DNA of 38,760 nucleotides from Myxococcota bacterium (lineage in GTDB: Bacteria > Myxococcota_A > Polyangia > Polyangiales > Sandaracinaceae), in contig JAYZQJ010000206.1 of NCBI GenBank assembly GCA_036149055.1, forward strand, positions 1-38,760, in the 5' to 3' direction. Both the position numbers and the translations under genes were made by a program. The notes under the pieces are model-generated. The model had not been told where the DNA came from, made no database searches, and was given only the letters and a program-made list of their open reading frames with translations. This document shows positions 36,856 through 38,760 of this stretch, piece after piece. Position 1 is the first letter of the stretch, and each line of letters begins with the position of its first letter.

Positions 36856-37623
36856 TCAGGCCGCCTCGTCCGCTTCCTCGAGCAGCTCGCGCGCGAGGTT
36901 CAGGTAGGTGTGGCTGCCGCGGGAGCTCGCGTCGTAGAGATAGACGGGCTTGCCGTGCGACGGCGCCTCGGCCAGGCGGATGTTGCGCGGGATGGTGGTC
37001 TGGTACACGCGGAAGTGCTTCCGGACCTCCTGCGCGACCTCCTTGGAGAGGTTGCTCCGCGGGTCCCACATCGTCAGCAGCACGCCGTCGAGCTCGAGGT
37101 CCTCGTTGAGGCCCATCCGGATGCGCTCGATGGTGTTGGTCAGGTCGCCGAGCCCCTCGAGCGCGTAGTACTCGCACTGCATGGGCACGATGACCATGTC
37201 CGCGGCCACGAGGGCGTTGATGGTGAGCATGCCGAGCGACGGCGGGCAGTCGATGAGCACGTAGTCGTAGGCGCTGCGCGCCCCCTCGAGCGCCTCACGG
37301 AGCCGGTAGAACCGATCCCCGAGGTCCACCAGCTCGAGCCCGGCGGCGGCCAGGTTGGGCGAGGAGGGTGCCAGGAAGAGCTTCTCCAGCTCGGTCTGCA
37401 GCACGATGTCCTCGAGCCGCTGCTCGCCGACGAGCATCTCGTAGGTGCCGCGCTGGACCTGCCGGTGGGACACGCCGAGCCCGCTGGTGGCGTTGCCCTG
37501 CGAGTCCATGTCCACGAGCAGCACGCGCTGGTCGGCGATGGCCAGGCTCGCCGACAGGTTCACGGCCGTCGTGGTCTTTCCCACGCCGCCCTTCTGATTC
37601 GCGATCGCGACGACTTTGCCCAT
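36856..37623 (-). CDS. parA: Chromosome partitioning ATPase ParA/Soj
   Basis: IANQKGGVGKTTTAVNL, DSQGNAT, IDCPPSLG, QCEYYALEG and IPRNIRLAEAPSHG. ATG at 37623. Confidence 0.96.
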   Translation of the reverse strand: MGKVVAIANQKGGVGKTTTAVNLSASLAIADQRVLLVDMDSQGNATSGLGVSHRQVQRGTYEMLVGEQRLEDIVLQTELEKLFLAPSSPNLAAAGLELVDLGDRFYRLREALEGARSAYDYVLIDCPPSLGMLTINALVAADMVIVPMQCEYYALEGLGDLTNTIERIRMGLNEDLELDGVLLTMWDPRSNLSKEVAQEVRKHFRVYQTTIPRNIRLAEAPSHGKPVYLYDASSRGSHTYLNLARELLEEADEAA

Positions 37624-37788
37624 GCGATTGGCCCGCCTCTCGGGAGGTGCATCGTCTACCAGCACGCGGCCCCGACGGCAACGCAGACGGAGCGTGGCGG
37701 CCACGACTGACGCTCTTCGCGCGCTTTTTTTCGTCCCTCGAAACCTCAGTGGTAGAAGGTGCTCAGATGTAGGACAAGGTGGTTGCGG

Positions 37789-37974
37789 ATGACACTCAAC
37801 AACACACGAGCCGCTCTGACGACGGCGCTCGAGCACGACGCGGACCTCCCCCGCGGCGCGCGCCGGGTGCTCGAGCGGGTGTACTGGGGTGTCGATCGTG
37901 ATGCCGGGCGCGAGCCACGCGTCCTGACGTTTCGCCCACGTCGGGATGCGCGTCCGTCTGCTCAGAATCGCTAG
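37789..37974 (+). CDS. Possible 61-aa small protein (alternatively a structured 5' leader)
   Basis: AAGGTGG before ATG 37789 and GC3-rich central codons. Its stop overlaps the SD of the next ORF. Both ends have atypical codon usage and the region folds into stems. Confidence 0.35.
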   Translation: MTLNNTRAALTTALEHDADLPRGARRVLERVYWGVDRDAGREPRVLTFRPRRDARPSAQNR

Positions 37975-37991
37975 GAGAGGAAGGTCAGCTC

Positions 37992-38162
37992 ATGCGTGGA
38001 CCCAAGTCGTATCGGTCGTTGGAAGAGTTCGAGCGCGAGGAGATTCGCTCCCACATCAAGCTCGGTTGGTCGCTCGACGACCTCTACAACGAGGCGAACA
38101 TCCACAAGCGCCACTCCGAAGAGGAGGAGGACGGCCCGCAGGAGTTGAACTTCGACTTCTGA
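37992..38162 (+). CDS. 56-aa acidic small protein (not in ORF track): MRGPKSYRSLEEFEREEIRSHIKLGWSLDDLYNEANIHKRHSEEEEDGPQELNFDF
   Basis: Strong purine-rich SD (AGGAGAGGAAGG), protein-like composition and codon usage, and a downstream intrinsic terminator. Confidence 0.8.
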   Translation: MRGPKSYRSLEEFEREEIRSHIKLGWSLDDLYNEANIHKRHSEEEEDGPQELNFDF

Positions 38163-38241
38163 ACGTGTCTTGCAATCCGCGTCTCCTCCCTGACGCGGGC
38201 TGCCGTTCCGGCGGGCGTCGCCCCGCACGCCGGATCCCCCT

Positions 38242-38282
38242 GAAGCCCGGAGCGGTCGCCCCCGCTCCGGGCTTCGCCTTTT
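38242..38282 (+). terminator. Intrinsic terminator after the 56-aa ORF
   Basis: GAAGCCCGGAGCGG-TCGCCC-CCGCTCCGGGCTTC (14-bp perfect stem) followed by GCCTTTT. Confidence 0.8.
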
Positions 38283-38302
38283 GCGCGGCAAGCCGCGCAA
38301 AA

Positions 38303-38337
38303 CCCGTGCCCCTGCCCGTGCCCGTGCCCCTGCCCGA
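38303..38337. repeat. CCC(G/C)TG hexamer tandem repeat between convergent genes
   Basis: CCCGTGCCCCTGCCCGTGCCCGTGCCCCTGCCCGA, which shares a 22-mer (inverted) with 14175-14196. Confidence 0.75.
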
Positions 38338-38372
38338 CACCGAAGCCTCCTCGAGGAGGCACCGAGGCCCCC

Positions 38373-38759
38373 TCAAGGAGGCACCGAGGTCAACGAGCTG
38401 CAGGTCCGGTTGTAGGCGCTCTGCGGGTAACGCCGTCGAAACTCGGCGCAGGTCCGCTCCAGCTCCGCGCGGTCGCCGCCGAACTGGGCGCAGCTCATCC
38501 GCGTGGCGAGCAGCGGCTCCGAGATCGGGTGCCGCCGCGTCTCCCGGATGCAGCCCGCGTAGTCGCGGCGCCCCATGTAGGCGACCGACTCCTGGACGCC
38601 GGCGGGCGGCCCGCTCGCGGGCGGGGCCGTTGCAGCCGGCGCGGCTGGCGGGGTCGGCGCCGCCGGGCTCGCCGCGCGCGCGCGAGCCCGCCGCCCGGCC
38701 CGGCGGCGCCGCCGCCCCCCCGACCCCCCCCGCACCCCCCCCCCCGCCGCATCCCGCGG
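38373..38759 (-). CDS. 3' end of a truncated gene: Pro/Ala linker plus Cys-containing helical C-terminal domain
   Basis: The frame is open to the window edge and encodes ...PAAPTPPAAP...DYAGCIR...RMSCAQ...RTCAEFRRRYPQSAYNRTCSS. The extreme end is poly-C, low-complexity sequence. Confidence 0.55.
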   Translation of the reverse strand, partial: PRDAAGGGVRGGSGGRRRRRAGRRARARAASPAAPTPPAAPAATAPPASGPPAGVQESVAYMGRRDYAGCIRETRRHPISEPLLATRMSCAQFGGDRAELERTCAEFRRRYPQSAYNRTCSSLTSVPP

Positions 38760-38760
38760 C

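Noticed and set aside
36856..37836. N-terminally extended ParA (326 aa) as given in the ORF track, and similar extensions of SerA, Nnr, MscS and MoeB
   Set aside because: Family homology begins at internal starts supported by SD, overlap or -10 signals, and the extensions are Arg/Pro-rich noise.
38700..38760. Poly-C/G tracts as a phase-variation or G-quadruplex element
   Set aside because: They sit at the very edge of the window and are more likely low-quality contig-end sequence; this cannot be judged without reads.

Overview
A very GC-rich, gene-dense chromosomal window. Myxococcota (Polyangia/Sandaracinaceae-like) is my inference from the GYF-domain protein, DAG-linker lipoproteins, PrkA and tandem lspA. 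Most of it is housekeeping or envelope: a D-2-hydroxyglutarate-dehydrogenase-like FAD oxidase, serA, prkA, an RNase Z-like MBL hydrolase, pdxJ, nnr, an ECF sigma factor with a sigma54-type promoter, a Ser/Thr dehydratase, rhodanese-MoeB, 5-oxoprolinase, a crotonase, MscS, a CPA2 antiporter, TlpA, lspA-lspA-lgt-ileS(type 2)-folD and parAB. I saw no CRISPR, rRNA, tRNA, transposase or phage genes. The most interesting items are absent from the ORF track: (1) a 36-aa pre-lipoprotein ORF (28513-28623) heading the lspA-lspA-lgt cluster, whose last codons form the lspA Shine-Dalgarno; (2) a 56-aa acidic protein ending QELNFDF (37992-38162), divergent from parAB, with a long structured leader and a 3' UTR hairpin exposing an anti-SD CUCCUCCC loop; (3) a dispersed family of intergenic mosaic repeats at 1-748 and in an array with exact 115-nt spacing at about 35061-35320; (4) recurring TAnnnT hexamers 6-8 nt before start codons, suggesting many leaderless genes. 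All family calls come from motif recognition by eye; no database searches were run.
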